This document shows, one piece after another, positions 21,802 to 30,725 of a DNA stretch of 64,000 bases. The notes below the pieces were generated by a model that had not been told where the DNA came from, made no database searches, and worked only from the letters and a program-made list of their open reading frames with translations. The stretch lies in contig JBOFMT010000084.1 of the NCBI GenBank assembly GCA_051658525.1, positions 1 to 64,000 on the forward strand, read 5' to 3'. This stretch comes from Erysipelotrichaceae bacterium. GTDB taxonomy: Bacteria; Bacillota_I; Bacilli_A; Erysipelotrichales; Erysipelotrichaceae. A program made the translations under genes and the position numbers. Every line of letters begins with the position of its first letter. Within the stretch, counting starts at the first letter, position 1.

Positions 21802-22974
21802 ATGTTTAACAAAACAACCAACTTTAGTTTTGAGGTTTTTGGTAATGTCTTGAACGAATTACCCAACTATGAAACTTCGGATTTTTATCAAGAAGTTTTT
21901 CGAACGAACAACCGCTTTATTGAAAATTTTTTGAGGGTCGACCAGGAGATTTATATTGAGGTCCTTTCCGGCATCGCTATTTTAATCGTAACCGATGATG
22001 AACAATTCGATAACAACAAACAATTTGTGATTCATCGTTTGGTGCGTCTTAAACCAAATGTCTTTTTTAATGTTGTTGCAATGACTGATGATGTAACTAT
22101 TCGCTTTACCTATCTACAGAAATCTAAAGTGAAAACCTATAACCTGGATGCTAACCATCAAATTACTTACCGCCCTATCAAACCTGAATTTCAAATTTTG
22201 GAAATCTTTGCTTACTTTTATCAAGTCCGAAATGCAGATTATACGTTTGATGGAGAACAACACAATTACTTTGAGTTGACCTATGTTGATTCAGGTGAAC
22301 TTCAAACTACCATCGATGGGCAAGAATTTACCCTTGAAAGTGGAGATACAATTCTCTATGCTCCTGGTGAATTTCATTGTCAGAAGACAAGACATGATAT
22401 GGCATGCTCTTACGTTACCATCTTGTTTCAAATGCAGATGGATCAGTTGGAACTACTACAAAAACGTGTTTTTAAAGGTCGCAAGACGATTTATGATAGT
22501 ATTAAGTACTTTGTAAAAGCAAGCGAAGCTACGGAACACCATAGTGATCCACTGATTTTGACCTATTTATCTGAAATCATCGCGAAATTGCGATGCTATG
22601 AAGATTTACCGGTACAACTACTTTCTTCGTCACCAGCACAACAAAATTTTGAAAACGAACTTCTAAATGAAATATTAATCTTTATCAATTCCAACATTTA
22701 TGAGTTTTTAACCATCGAGGATCTGTGCACAAAATTCTCAATTTCACGTTCTTCTTTACAAGTATTATTTAAAAATAACGTAGGCGTTGCACCAAAACAA
22801 TATATTAGCGATTTAAAATTAAGTAAGAGTAAAGTTTTAATCAAGCAAGGTAAATATACAATATCTGAAATTTCTAGTATGCTTGCCTTTAATTCGATTC
22901 ATTACTTTTCCAGAAAATTTAAACAACGCTATGATATTGCACCAAGCGATTATGCGAAAACAATCTATAATTAA
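21802..22974 (+). CDS. AraC/XylS-family transcriptional regulator, divergent from the PTS IIB gene
   Basis: C-terminal AraC HTH (IEDLCTKFSISRSSLQVLFKNNVGVAPKQYISDLKLSK...IHYFSRKFKQRYDIAPSDY). The N-terminal ~270 aa are a sensor domain of unknown fold. Confidence 0.85.
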   Translation: MFNKTTNFSFEVFGNVLNELPNYETSDFYQEVFRTNNRFIENFLRVDQEIYIEVLSGIAILIVTDDEQFDNNKQFVIHRLVRLKPNVFFNVVAMTDDVTIRFTYLQKSKVKTYNLDANHQITYRPIKPEFQILEIFAYFYQVRNADYTFDGEQHNYFELTYVDSGELQTTIDGQEFTLESGDTILYAPGEFHCQKTRHDMACSYVTILFQMQMDQLELLQKRVFKGRKTIYDSIKYFVKASEATEHHSDPLILTYLSEIIAKLRCYEDLPVQLLSSSPAQQNFENELLNEILIFINSNIYEFLTIEDLCTKFSISRSSLQVLFKNNVGVAPKQYISDLKLSKSKVLIKQGKYTISEISSMLAFNSIHYFSRKFKQRYDIAPSDYAKTIYN

Positions 22975-22975
22975 C

Positions 22976-23005
22976 CACCAACGGGTGGTTTTTTTATCAT
23001 CTAAT
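22976..23005 (+). terminator. Terminator after the AraC gene
   Basis: CCACCAACGGGTGG followed by T7. Confidence 0.7.
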
Positions 23006-23057
23006 TTGACAAGTGATATCACTTTGATACTATTAAAATATCAAAGGAGGCTCTACT

Positions 23058-24038
23058 ATGGAACTAGAACAAAAACAAATTGAAGAGCGGCTTTTGCACC
23101 CTATCAATGGTATGCTCGTCTTCATTGTTAACACTATTTTGATTATTGTATCGCTATTTGGATTTGTATTAGGTATTTTTGAAAGTGGTTGGCTCATGCT
23201 CGTATGCGGGCTATATGCATTTTTACTTGGTCCTATTCTTTATGCTGGTATCAAAGTATTGAAACCAAATGAAGCCTATGTCTTTACTTTGTTTGGAACC
23301 TATTATGGAACACTGAAACAATCGGGTATCTTTTTTGTAAATCCCTTTGTTACTGCTTTTCACCCAAATCATGATACAGCGACCGTATCACTTGGAATGG
23401 AACCTAGTTTAACACCACCTAGTAACACCGCACAAATCAAGCTTTCCAACAAGAAAATTTCCATGAAGACGTTAACCTTAAGCAATGAAAAACAAAAGGT
23501 AAACGATCAATTGGGGAACCCCATCATTATTGGTATTGTCGTGATATGGCGCGTAAAGAATACTGCTCAAGCAGTATTTAACGTTGATAACTACCGAGAA
23601 TTTTTATCGATTCAATGCGACTCATCACTTCGGAATATCGTCCGTCTCTACCCATATGATGTTTCTAGCGATGGGGATGAGAAATCACTCCGTGGCAGTA
23701 GTCAAGAAGTTGCAGAATCCTTAAAGGAAGAAATTCAAGCGCGTGTAAAGGATGCTGGATTGGAAATAATGGAAGCACGCATTACGCACCTTGCCTATGC
23801 ACCAGAAATTGCAGCGGTCATGTTGCAAAGACAACAAGCTTCCGCCATAATTGATGCACGTAAAATGATTGTTGAGGGTGCTGTGGGAATGGTTGAGATG
23901 GCATTGCAAACACTAAGTCAACAAGAGATAGTTGTACTTGATGATGAGCGAAAAGCACAAATGGTAAGTAACCTTCTTGTTGTCTTATGTGGAAACAAGG
24001 ATGCTCAACCTATCGTAAACAGCGGTTCTATCTATTGA
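23058..24038 (+). CDS. SPFH/Band-7 domain membrane protein (two N-terminal TM helices)
   Basis: 326 aa. TM hairpin (residues about 18-65), then an SPFH core (IIIGIVVIWRVKNTAQAVFNVDNYREF...LEIMEARITHLAYAPEIAAVMLQRQQA). Divergent from the stomatin-like paralog at 63065. Confidence 0.75.
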   Translation: MELEQKQIEERLLHPINGMLVFIVNTILIIVSLFGFVLGIFESGWLMLVCGLYAFLLGPILYAGIKVLKPNEAYVFTLFGTYYGTLKQSGIFFVNPFVTAFHPNHDTATVSLGMEPSLTPPSNTAQIKLSNKKISMKTLTLSNEKQKVNDQLGNPIIIGIVVIWRVKNTAQAVFNVDNYREFLSIQCDSSLRNIVRLYPYDVSSDGDEKSLRGSSQEVAESLKEEIQARVKDAGLEIMEARITHLAYAPEIAAVMLQRQQASAIIDARKMIVEGAVGMVEMALQTLSQQEIVVLDDERKAQMVSNLLVVLCGNKDAQPIVNSGSIY

Positions 24039-24039
24039 T

Positions 24040-24234
24040 ATGAGCACGCAGAGCGATGCACAACGCAAACGTATCCTATTACGGCTAACCCCACAGTTGT
24101 GGGAAGCAATTGCGAAGTGGGCGGAAGATGACTTTCGCTCCATCAATGGACAAATCGAATATATTTTGAGCGAAAGCGTCAAACAAAAACAAGTAGGAGT
24201 ACAGTCCGTGTTACAAAAAGAAAAAGACCGCTAG
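24040..24234 (+). CDS. Arc/MetJ-type ribbon-helix-helix DNA-binding protein, translationally coupled to the SPFH gene
   Basis: 64 aa. RKRILLRLTPQLWEAIAKWAEDDFRSINGQIEYIL fits the Arc-like RHH pattern (beta-strand RxxxLRL, then helix-helix with RS.N.EI). The ATG lies 1 nt after the SPFH stop (TGAtATG). Confidence 0.65.
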   Translation: MSTQSDAQRKRILLRLTPQLWEAIAKWAEDDFRSINGQIEYILSESVKQKQVGVQSVLQKEKDR

Positions 24235-24246
24235 GTCTTTTTTAAA
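24221..24246. terminator. Bidirectional terminator between the Arc-like gene and PTS IIA
   Basis: AAAAAGACCGCTAGGTCTTTTTT, a hairpin with A/T runs on both sides. Confidence 0.75.
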
Positions 24247-24670
24247 TTCCATCTTCGCTTGTTGTTTCAGCAACGATGTTGTGTTCAAAGCGCAAGATTT
24301 GGTTTTTCCCTGTTGTCATGGCCATATTCACCAAAGCATCAAAATCTTCACTGAATGCTCGTGCCATGGAAAGCTCAATCAACATCGGTAAGTTTGTTCC
24401 GGCTACAACACATACATTTGGATAGTCAACGCCAACGACAACAGCCGTTTTAAATGGAGAACCACCAGCTAGGTCTGAACATACTAAAATGTGATCACAA
24501 GACTTTAATGTTTGAAACGCATCAGCTAGTTTTTGTTCCAACTCTTCTACACCCATATCTGCAGTAAAATCTACCGCAACATAGTTTTCTTGTTCCCCAA
24601 CAATAAGATTTAATGAGCTTGATAATCCACTTGCGAACGCTCCGTGTCCTGTTACTACTAATCCAATCAT
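24242..24670 (-). CDS. PTS mannose-family IIA component
   Basis: 142 aa. MIGLVVTGHGAFASGL contains the phospho-His of EIIA-Man. Adjacent to agaS. Confidence 0.85.
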   Translation of the reverse strand: MIGLVVTGHGAFASGLSSSLNLIVGEQENYVAVDFTADMGVEELEQKLADAFQTLKSCDHILVCSDLAGGSPFKTAVVVGVDYPNVCVVAGTNLPMLIELSMARAFSEDFDALVNMAMTTGKNQILRFEHNIVAETTSEDGI

Positions 24671-24671
24671 G

Positions 24672-25865
24672 TTAATTCCCCCTTTTTCCTGTATATGGAT
24701 ACAATGTTACTCCTTGTACTACACGATTCACTTCTCCTGTTGGACAAGGATTGTCTGGTGTGATCCCTAGTGCTAGTGAAGTAAATAGTGCTAACATTTG
24801 CGCAAAAACAATATAGGCGAACCCTAAGAATACCGAATTCAAAGCAGTTGCATGATCCAGACAGTAATATGTATCGACAAGTTGTTTCACTTCTGGTCGA
24901 TCAGTAGCGCTCACCACTACCAAACGATTTCCTTTTCGTTGCGGGCTCATCTCTTTGATTAAATCCAATTCGTATGCATAAGTATAAGGATCATCACTTA
25001 AGAAAAGTACCGTAAGTGTTTTTTCATTGATAATCGATTTTGGTCCATGACGGAAACCTAGTGGTGTATCGTACATCGTCGCCACTTTTCCTGCTGTAAG
25101 TTCTAACATTTTTAAAGCGGATTCTTGAGCGATCCCCTTTAACGTGTTTGCCCCTAAATACACAATCCGCTCAAACGCATAGCTTTCTACAATTTCTTTG
25201 ATATCGACATAACCTGTTGTAAGCATTGTGTTACAAGATACAATGACTTGTTCCATCGCTTTCTCAATTTGATTTATTTGATCGATATTTAAGCAAAGTA
25301 GTGCGGCTAACATCATATTGGAATAGCTTGATGTCATTGCGAAACTCAAATCATGCGTTTCTTCTGTTAACGTAAGGGCAAAGGCATTATCTACTTGTTC
25401 TGCCATTTTAGCTAGTTTGCCTTCTGCATTACAAGTAATAAAGAGGTGTTGAACATTTTGACATACCACATTGGCAACTTCTACAGCTCCTACACTTTCT
25501 GGTGAATTACCCGAACGCCCGAAACTAACAAGTAAAGTTGGTTTTGTCTTAGATAAGTAGTTTTCCGGTGTCGCAACTAAATCTGTTGTTCCATAAGATT
25601 TCACACGGTACTGATGACTTGCATTCAAGTAGGAATAAATCGCATTTCCGACAAATTCACTTGTTCCTGCTCCGGTTAAAATAATATCAAAATCTTCATT
25701 TTTGGTAATCTTATTAACAAACAAACGAATTTCATCAGCCTGTGCTTCTATTTGTTCGATTGTCTTTTTCCATGTTTCAGGTTGTTGGTTGATTTCTGTC
25801 GCTGTGAACATTGCAGCGCGTTGTTCAAGTTGTTCTTGTGAGTAGTTAAACATAAATACCTCCAT
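24672..25865 (-). CDS. agaS: Double-SIS-domain sugar-phosphate isomerase/deaminase (AgaS-like, D-galactosamine-6-P / glucosamine-6-P deaminase)
   Basis: 397 aa. Aligns along its whole length with remembered E. coli AgaS (ILTGAGTS.F.G......; LVSFGRSGNSPESV.AVE.AN; DNAFAL; RIVYLG; ESALK.LELTAGK.A..YD.P.GFRHGPKS; NRVVQGV). Confidence 0.8.
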   Translation of the reverse strand: MEVFMFNYSQEQLEQRAAMFTATEINQQPETWKKTIEQIEAQADEIRLFVNKITKNEDFDIILTGAGTSEFVGNAIYSYLNASHQYRVKSYGTTDLVATPENYLSKTKPTLLVSFGRSGNSPESVGAVEVANVVCQNVQHLFITCNAEGKLAKMAEQVDNAFALTLTEETHDLSFAMTSSYSNMMLAALLCLNIDQINQIEKAMEQVIVSCNTMLTTGYVDIKEIVESYAFERIVYLGANTLKGIAQESALKMLELTAGKVATMYDTPLGFRHGPKSIINEKTLTVLFLSDDPYTYAYELDLIKEMSPQRKGNRLVVVSATDRPEVKQLVDTYYCLDHATALNSVFLGFAYIVFAQMLALFTSLALGITPDNPCPTGEVNRVVQGVTLYPYTGKRGN

Positions 25866-26019
25866 TTCAGTTACATTATATTGACCTTAGTTTTAAAATT
25901 CAATTTGTTTTTCTTATGTTGTTAATTTGTATAAATTGTTTGTTAATTTATCGCGAAAAGCGACTAGAATTCTAGACGCTGATTCTTTATAATGAAACTA
26001 TAGAAGAAATGAGGGCATT

Positions 26020-26544
26020 ATGAAAAAGACAAATCTCGTACTTACTGGCCGCAATATTTACCAAGACAATCACGGCCAATACATTTATCATGAACGTAAA
26101 ACCAATACTGGTTATCGAATTCCAGAAGAAGGAATTTACAAATTCCGCCTCTATATGTTCCGTCATACCCTTGCAATCGTAGCTGTAATTTTATTCGGTG
26201 AATATATTTTCCCAATGCCAATCGCAATCCTTGGTGGATTATTGTTACTTGCATTCCTAGAATATGATATGAAGCATAAATTTCTTCCTAAACTCACTAG
26301 TTATCCAAATTACAAGGTTGGAAAACAAAAGGGTGAGTTGGATCTAATGGTCGAGCAAGATATGAATAAACTCGTAATGAAAATCATTTTGTTTACTTGT
26401 TTCTCTATCCTACTGATTTTAAATGCAATTCAAATGAATGCTGATCCAATTCTTTTTGTCGCATCGACAGCCATTGCCATTATTTCATTGTTTGTTGCAG
26501 GAAAACATGTAAGAGCAATTCAAATCAAACGCAAAAATGCCTAA
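26020..26544 (+). CDS. Hypothetical integral membrane protein
   Basis: 174 aa with 3-4 predicted TM helices and no recognisable motif. Own promoter, and a bidirectional terminator at 26547-26582. Confidence 0.4.
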   Translation: MKKTNLVLTGRNIYQDNHGQYIYHERKTNTGYRIPEEGIYKFRLYMFRHTLAIVAVILFGEYIFPMPIAILGGLLLLAFLEYDMKHKFLPKLTSYPNYKVGKQKGELDLMVEQDMNKLVMKIILFTCFSILLILNAIQMNADPILFVASTAIAIISLFVAGKHVRAIQIKRKNA

Positions 26545-26546
26545 AA

Positions 26547-26582
26547 AAAACTGTAAGATCTTTTGTATCTTACAGTTTTTTA
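26547..26582. terminator. Bidirectional terminator
   Basis: AAAAAAAACTGTAAGATCttttgtATCTTACAGTTTTTT. Confidence 0.75.
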
Positions 26583-27494
26583 ATATGGTTGTAAAAAGTG
26601 AATCGGCTGTTGCAATATCGCATAAGCACTCGTTGCACATTTTACTTGTGTCTTAAATAATTTATTAAACAGTTCCGGATTATTTAGACGAATCATATAA
26701 CCAAGTTTTTGTCGCGGAATTGCAAGCGGAAATAACTTTTGCAATTGCTCTCCTTTACTTAACGTAACCTCAATCTCTTGATAACCCAACACCGCTACTT
26801 GCAACAGTTGGGCTAACGAACGTCCATCCAAGTACACAATTTCTTTGACTAGCACGCGATCTTTCTCAATATGATAAATACAATATCCTCGCAATTCACC
26901 GTGGCTATTATAGGCACCAATCACGCGGTCATCAAAATACGTTACGGCATCGAATATCTCTTGAAACTCTTCCACAGAACGATGAGCAATCCCTTGAAAA
27001 TGCTGCGTAAAGTTCTCATACACCTTTTTCATTGCATGTAAGTCGTCCAATGGTTCCACACCTTCGATTGGGATATCGGAAAAATACTCTGCTTTTAAGA
27101 CATATTTATGCTGATTATAGAGGGGGCGAAACCCATATTTTTCATATAATTTTGGATACTCCGTTCCAACGATAGTAAAGAGTGTTTCTTGTTGCATCTG
27201 TTCTAAAAAAGATTGCATGAGTTGTGCATTCACACTTTGATAACGATAATCTGGATGCACAGCAAAAGCATCAACCGCACTCACTTTTAACACACGATTC
27301 ATAAATTTAATCCGACGGAAGGAATAACTCAATGAAGAAACTAAAAGCGCATCTTGTTCAAACACGATACTAGATGCTAATATTCCTCGTTTTTGTGAAT
27401 AATACTCCAAACGTTCTAAGTTTTGAAAACAATGGGTATGCCGATACAATTCATAAATTCTCTTCTGATCTTCTACGATTGCATTCTTTAACAT
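26580..27494 (-). CDS. Hypothetical protein, possibly a GNAT-fold acetyltransferase, last gene of the rapZ-yvcK-whiA operon
   Basis: 304 aa. Central segment (VSAVDAFAVHPDYRYQSVNAQLMQSFLEQ...YEKYGF) weakly resembles a GNAT acyl-CoA binding region. No secure motif. Confidence 0.35.
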   Translation of the reverse strand: MLKNAIVEDQKRIYELYRHTHCFQNLERLEYYSQKRGILASSIVFEQDALLVSSLSYSFRRIKFMNRVLKVSAVDAFAVHPDYRYQSVNAQLMQSFLEQMQQETLFTIVGTEYPKLYEKYGFRPLYNQHKYVLKAEYFSDIPIEGVEPLDDLHAMKKVYENFTQHFQGIAHRSVEEFQEIFDAVTYFDDRVIGAYNSHGELRGYCIYHIEKDRVLVKEIVYLDGRSLAQLLQVAVLGYQEIEVTLSKGEQLQKLFPLAIPRQKLGYMIRLNNPELFNKLFKTQVKCATSAYAILQQPIHFLQPY

Positions 27495-27496
27495 AT

Positions 27497-27778
27497 TTAC
27501 TCCTCTTCGCGTTCGCGGAACTCTACATCAAAGACATCCGGGTTGCTGTTATTCGCCTCCCGATAATAATACGTCGCATCTTCATTGTATTCATTTTGAT
27601 ACGCATCAAACTGCGACTCCATCTCTTTTTGCGCTTTTCTAATTTTATATCGAAAATACAGTAGCCCAGCTAGTAAGCATACAGCTATGATTGCAACCAA
27701 CCAGAGCAAAAAGGGAAATAATAATACAAACAAACTCAATCCTAAAAATGCGGTAACAATGGATGTGATACTTCTCAT
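27497..27778 (-). CDS. Small membrane protein (one long TM plus acidic C-tail) in the whiA operon
   Basis: 93 aa. ITSIVTAFLGLSLFVLLFPFLLWLVAIIAVCLLAGLLYF, then an acidic tail ending REREEE. Tightly packed between whiA and the GNAT-like gene. Confidence 0.45.
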   Translation of the reverse strand: MRSITSIVTAFLGLSLFVLLFPFLLWLVAIIAVCLLAGLLYFRYKIRKAQKEMESQFDAYQNEYNEDATYYYREANNSNPDVFDVEFREREEE

Positions 27779-27786
27779 AAGACCTC

Positions 27787-28722
27787 CTATTTTTTATATT
27801 TTTCGGCAATTTCTGCAATCTTACTCAATCGATGACGCATTCCTGATTTGGAAATACTCCCATCGTATTCTTCTGAGAATAATTCGCAAAGTTCAACCAA
27901 ACTAGCTTCTGGATTTTCTTTCCGTAATACAGCAATTTGAAACAATTTCTCAGGCAATGACTCAAGTCCAGCATAATTTTCGATCCATTCAATATCCTCA
28001 TACTGCTTGCGCCCTGCAGCCATTGACTTCATTTCATTTGCTAATTCACAGTTGTCCAATCTTGTTAAGGAGTTGATAAAGCCTCGTTGAATTCTAGAAT
28101 CCTCAAAAACAAATACGGCATTACTCGCCTCAATGACTCTTAAAAAATCAGCAATCTTATCGGATGCTTTCAAATAGACTACCTCTTGATTTCGTCGCTT
28201 GATATATTTCGCATCCAAAGCGAATGAGTTCATCAACTTTTGTAAATATTTGGCTAATTCGATGGTAGATGATGCTATCTCTAAGTGGTAGTTTGCATTG
28301 TTTGGAGAATTCACGCTTCCTCCAGCTAGAAAAGCACCAGCCAAATAGGCACGTTTATCACAATCTTTTTTTATAATTTTTCGACTCGGGTGAGTTTTTA
28401 ATCCCGAATCTCCCATAATATCCAAAGAACGTAAGATTTCCGTCGCTTTGTTCATAACGCGAATAACATAAATATTATTTTTCTTCAATTTCATTTTTTT
28501 AATTACAGATAGTTCTGTTTCTACTTGAAACAAATCCTTGATTAATTTATAAATTCTTTTTGCTGTTGTCGCATTCTCACTCTTGATTGTTATGTGCATA
28601 CCATTTGATGTAAAGTTTAAGGTAGCGCACATTTGTATCAATGCTGAAAGTTCTGCTTGGCGACAACAAACCAATAACTCATTGTTCGCTATTTCAGCCT
28701 TAACTTCACTTGTAAATGACAT
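27787..28722 (-). CDS. whiA: DNA-binding protein WhiA
   Basis: 311 aa. MSFTSEVKAEIANNEL, LAGLAD-like homing-endonuclease repeats, C-terminal HTH. Conserved position after yvcK. Confidence 0.9.
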   Translation of the reverse strand: MSFTSEVKAEIANNELLVCCRQAELSALIQMCATLNFTSNGMHITIKSENATTAKRIYKLIKDLFQVETELSVIKKMKLKKNNIYVIRVMNKATEILRSLDIMGDSGLKTHPSRKIIKKDCDKRAYLAGAFLAGGSVNSPNNANYHLEIASSTIELAKYLQKLMNSFALDAKYIKRRNQEVVYLKASDKIADFLRVIEASNAVFVFEDSRIQRGFINSLTRLDNCELANEMKSMAAGRKQYEDIEWIENYAGLESLPEKLFQIAVLRKENPEASLVELCELFSEEYDGSISKSGMRHRLSKIAEIAEKYKK

Positions 28723-28724
28723 AA

Positions 28725-29669
28725 TTACTCCTCTAATTCCATTATCTTCATTAGCTCTTTTGCTATTTTGTTACTATCATGACGAATCAATCCATTTTCT
28801 ATCGTTAGGATATCTGCGCTAACAATGTGATAGGGTTTGACTGCATTTGTGGAAACAACCATGTTAGCCCCTTGTGCCTCATAGCGTTGTTTCACTACTT
28901 CTTCAATGCGATTACTATGAATCAACACCGTTTCAATTACCGGTTGTCCAATATGACGCTCAATCGCATCTACATGGTCCTCTAAGGTATATCCATCGGT
29001 TTCACCCGGCTGACTCATCGCATTACAAATATATATTTTTTTTGCTTTACTTGCCAGTATTGCATCACGAAGTTCATCAATGATGACATTAGGAATGATA
29101 CTAGTATATAAAGAACCAATACCAAAAATCAAATAATCCGCCTCTTCGATTGCCTGTATGGCTTCAGCACTTGCTTTCACGGGATGATCATAAAATACCG
29201 ATTCAATTTGATTTTGATACTTGGGGATATTGCTTTCCCCGCGTACGATTACACCATCCTTCATCTTCGCATACAAAGTAATAAACTCCAGTGAAGAAGG
29301 AATGATTTCCCCTTTGATTTTTAAAAATCTGCTTGCCAACTGAATTGCTTCTTTAAAGCTACCTCGTGTATCCGAAAGTGCTGCTAAGATTAAATTTCCC
29401 AGGTTATGACCTGTAACATCCCCATCATCACCTTGAAAACGATAATCCATCAATTCACGGAATAAGTTCTCATCCTCTGACATCGATACTAAAACATTTC
29501 GAATATCACCCATCGCAGGTAAAAAATAACGTTCCCGTAACCGTCCTGTCGAACCACCATCATCCGCAACAGTAACAATAGTTGCCAATTCTAACGATTC
29601 TTCTTGCTTTAATCCTCTCATTATTACAGAGAGACCGGTTCCTCCCCCAATTACACAAATTTTTGTCAT
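28725..29669 (-). CDS. yvcK: Gluconeogenesis factor / UPF0052 CofD-like protein YvcK
   Basis: MTKICVIGGGTGLSVIMRGLK. Conserved yvcJ-yvcK-whiA cluster. Confidence 0.9.
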   Translation of the reverse strand: MTKICVIGGGTGLSVIMRGLKQEESLELATIVTVADDGGSTGRLRERYFLPAMGDIRNVLVSMSEDENLFRELMDYRFQGDDGDVTGHNLGNLILAALSDTRGSFKEAIQLASRFLKIKGEIIPSSLEFITLYAKMKDGVIVRGESNIPKYQNQIESVFYDHPVKASAEAIQAIEEADYLIFGIGSLYTSIIPNVIIDELRDAILASKAKKIYICNAMSQPGETDGYTLEDHVDAIERHIGQPVIETVLIHSNRIEEVVKQRYEAQGANMVVSTNAVKPYHIVSADILTIENGLIRHDSNKIAKELMKIMELEE

Positions 29670-30523
29670 AAGGCATCCTTTGTATCACGGTGGCTAATAT
29701 AGCATGGATACAATTGCTCATACTTATGATACAAGTAATTGGCAACACTTACTGAGCGATGTTGTCCCCCAGTACAGCCAATCCCAACGGTTATATGATT
29801 TTTTGCTCCGTTCGCATAACTTGCAAGGGTTAAATTCAAATACTGTTCTAATACTTGTAACAAAGATTTAGTTTCCTCAAATCCCATAACGTAATCATAC
29901 ACTGGTGCATCATTTCCTGTTTGTGGGCGAAGTTCTTTAATATAATATGGATTAGGTAAAATACGCATATCAAAAATTAAATCCGCATCTAATGGAACAC
30001 CGTGTTTGAAGCCGAATGATATAAACGATACAGAAAAACTTGCAGTTTTTGATAAACTTAACTTCGTTTCTAACATTCCTTTTAGTTCACCGATGGAAAG
30101 CTTTGTCGTATCCAAATGCATCGTTGCCGTTTCAAAGATGTTTGTAAACAATTCGCGCTCGCATTCAATTGCTTCTTCTAATGTATTTGCACGGTTTGCC
30201 AATAGGAATGGATGATGTCTTCTTGTAAATTTATATCGTAACAATAACGTTTCATTGCTAGCATCCAAATACAATACTTTAACTTTAATATTATTTTGTT
30301 CAAAGAATTGAATAAACTTAGGATAATCAATTGCTGTGGTAGCCAACGCAATATTACAATAGCGCAGTTCATAATTCGGATGAATAATTTCTCCTAAATG
30401 GGAAATCAATTGCACTGGAAATTGATCGATACAATGATATCCAATATCTTCAAGCACACTCATAGCACTGGATTTCCCAGCCCCAGACATACCTGTAATC
30501 AATACTACATTTTGTGGTTTCAT
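29666..30523 (-). CDS. rapZ: RNase adapter protein RapZ (YvcJ), P-loop NTPase
   Basis: Walker A VLITGMSGAGKSSA. C-terminal motifs typical of RapZ. ATGA overlap with yvcK. Confidence 0.9.
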   Translation of the reverse strand: MKPQNVVLITGMSGAGKSSAMSVLEDIGYHCIDQFPVQLISHLGEIIHPNYELRYCNIALATTAIDYPKFIQFFEQNNIKVKVLYLDASNETLLLRYKFTRRHHPFLLANRANTLEEAIECERELFTNIFETATMHLDTTKLSIGELKGMLETKLSLSKTASFSVSFISFGFKHGVPLDADLIFDMRILPNPYYIKELRPQTGNDAPVYDYVMGFEETKSLLQVLEQYLNLTLASYANGAKNHITVGIGCTGGQHRSVSVANYLYHKYEQLYPCYISHRDTKDAL

Positions 30524-30725
30524 ACGATCCCCTCAACTCTCTTCTTACTATTTTCACTCTCTATTTTATCACAAATTACACAAAAAATCGCTACCATCCT
30601 GCGCTTACACTTTTTAACATGATTTCTACCTCATATCACAATAGGAAGTAAAAAAAAATAGATTCTTTTGTTTACTTTGGTGTAACCCCATATAGTATGA
30701 TAGTAGAGAAAAAGGAGGTAGGATT

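Noticed and set aside
24672-25865. Annotation as GlmS (glucosamine-fructose-6-P aminotransferase)
   Set aside because: There is no N-terminal glutaminase (Cys1 Ntn) domain. The protein is only double-SIS and matches AgaS motif-for-motif.
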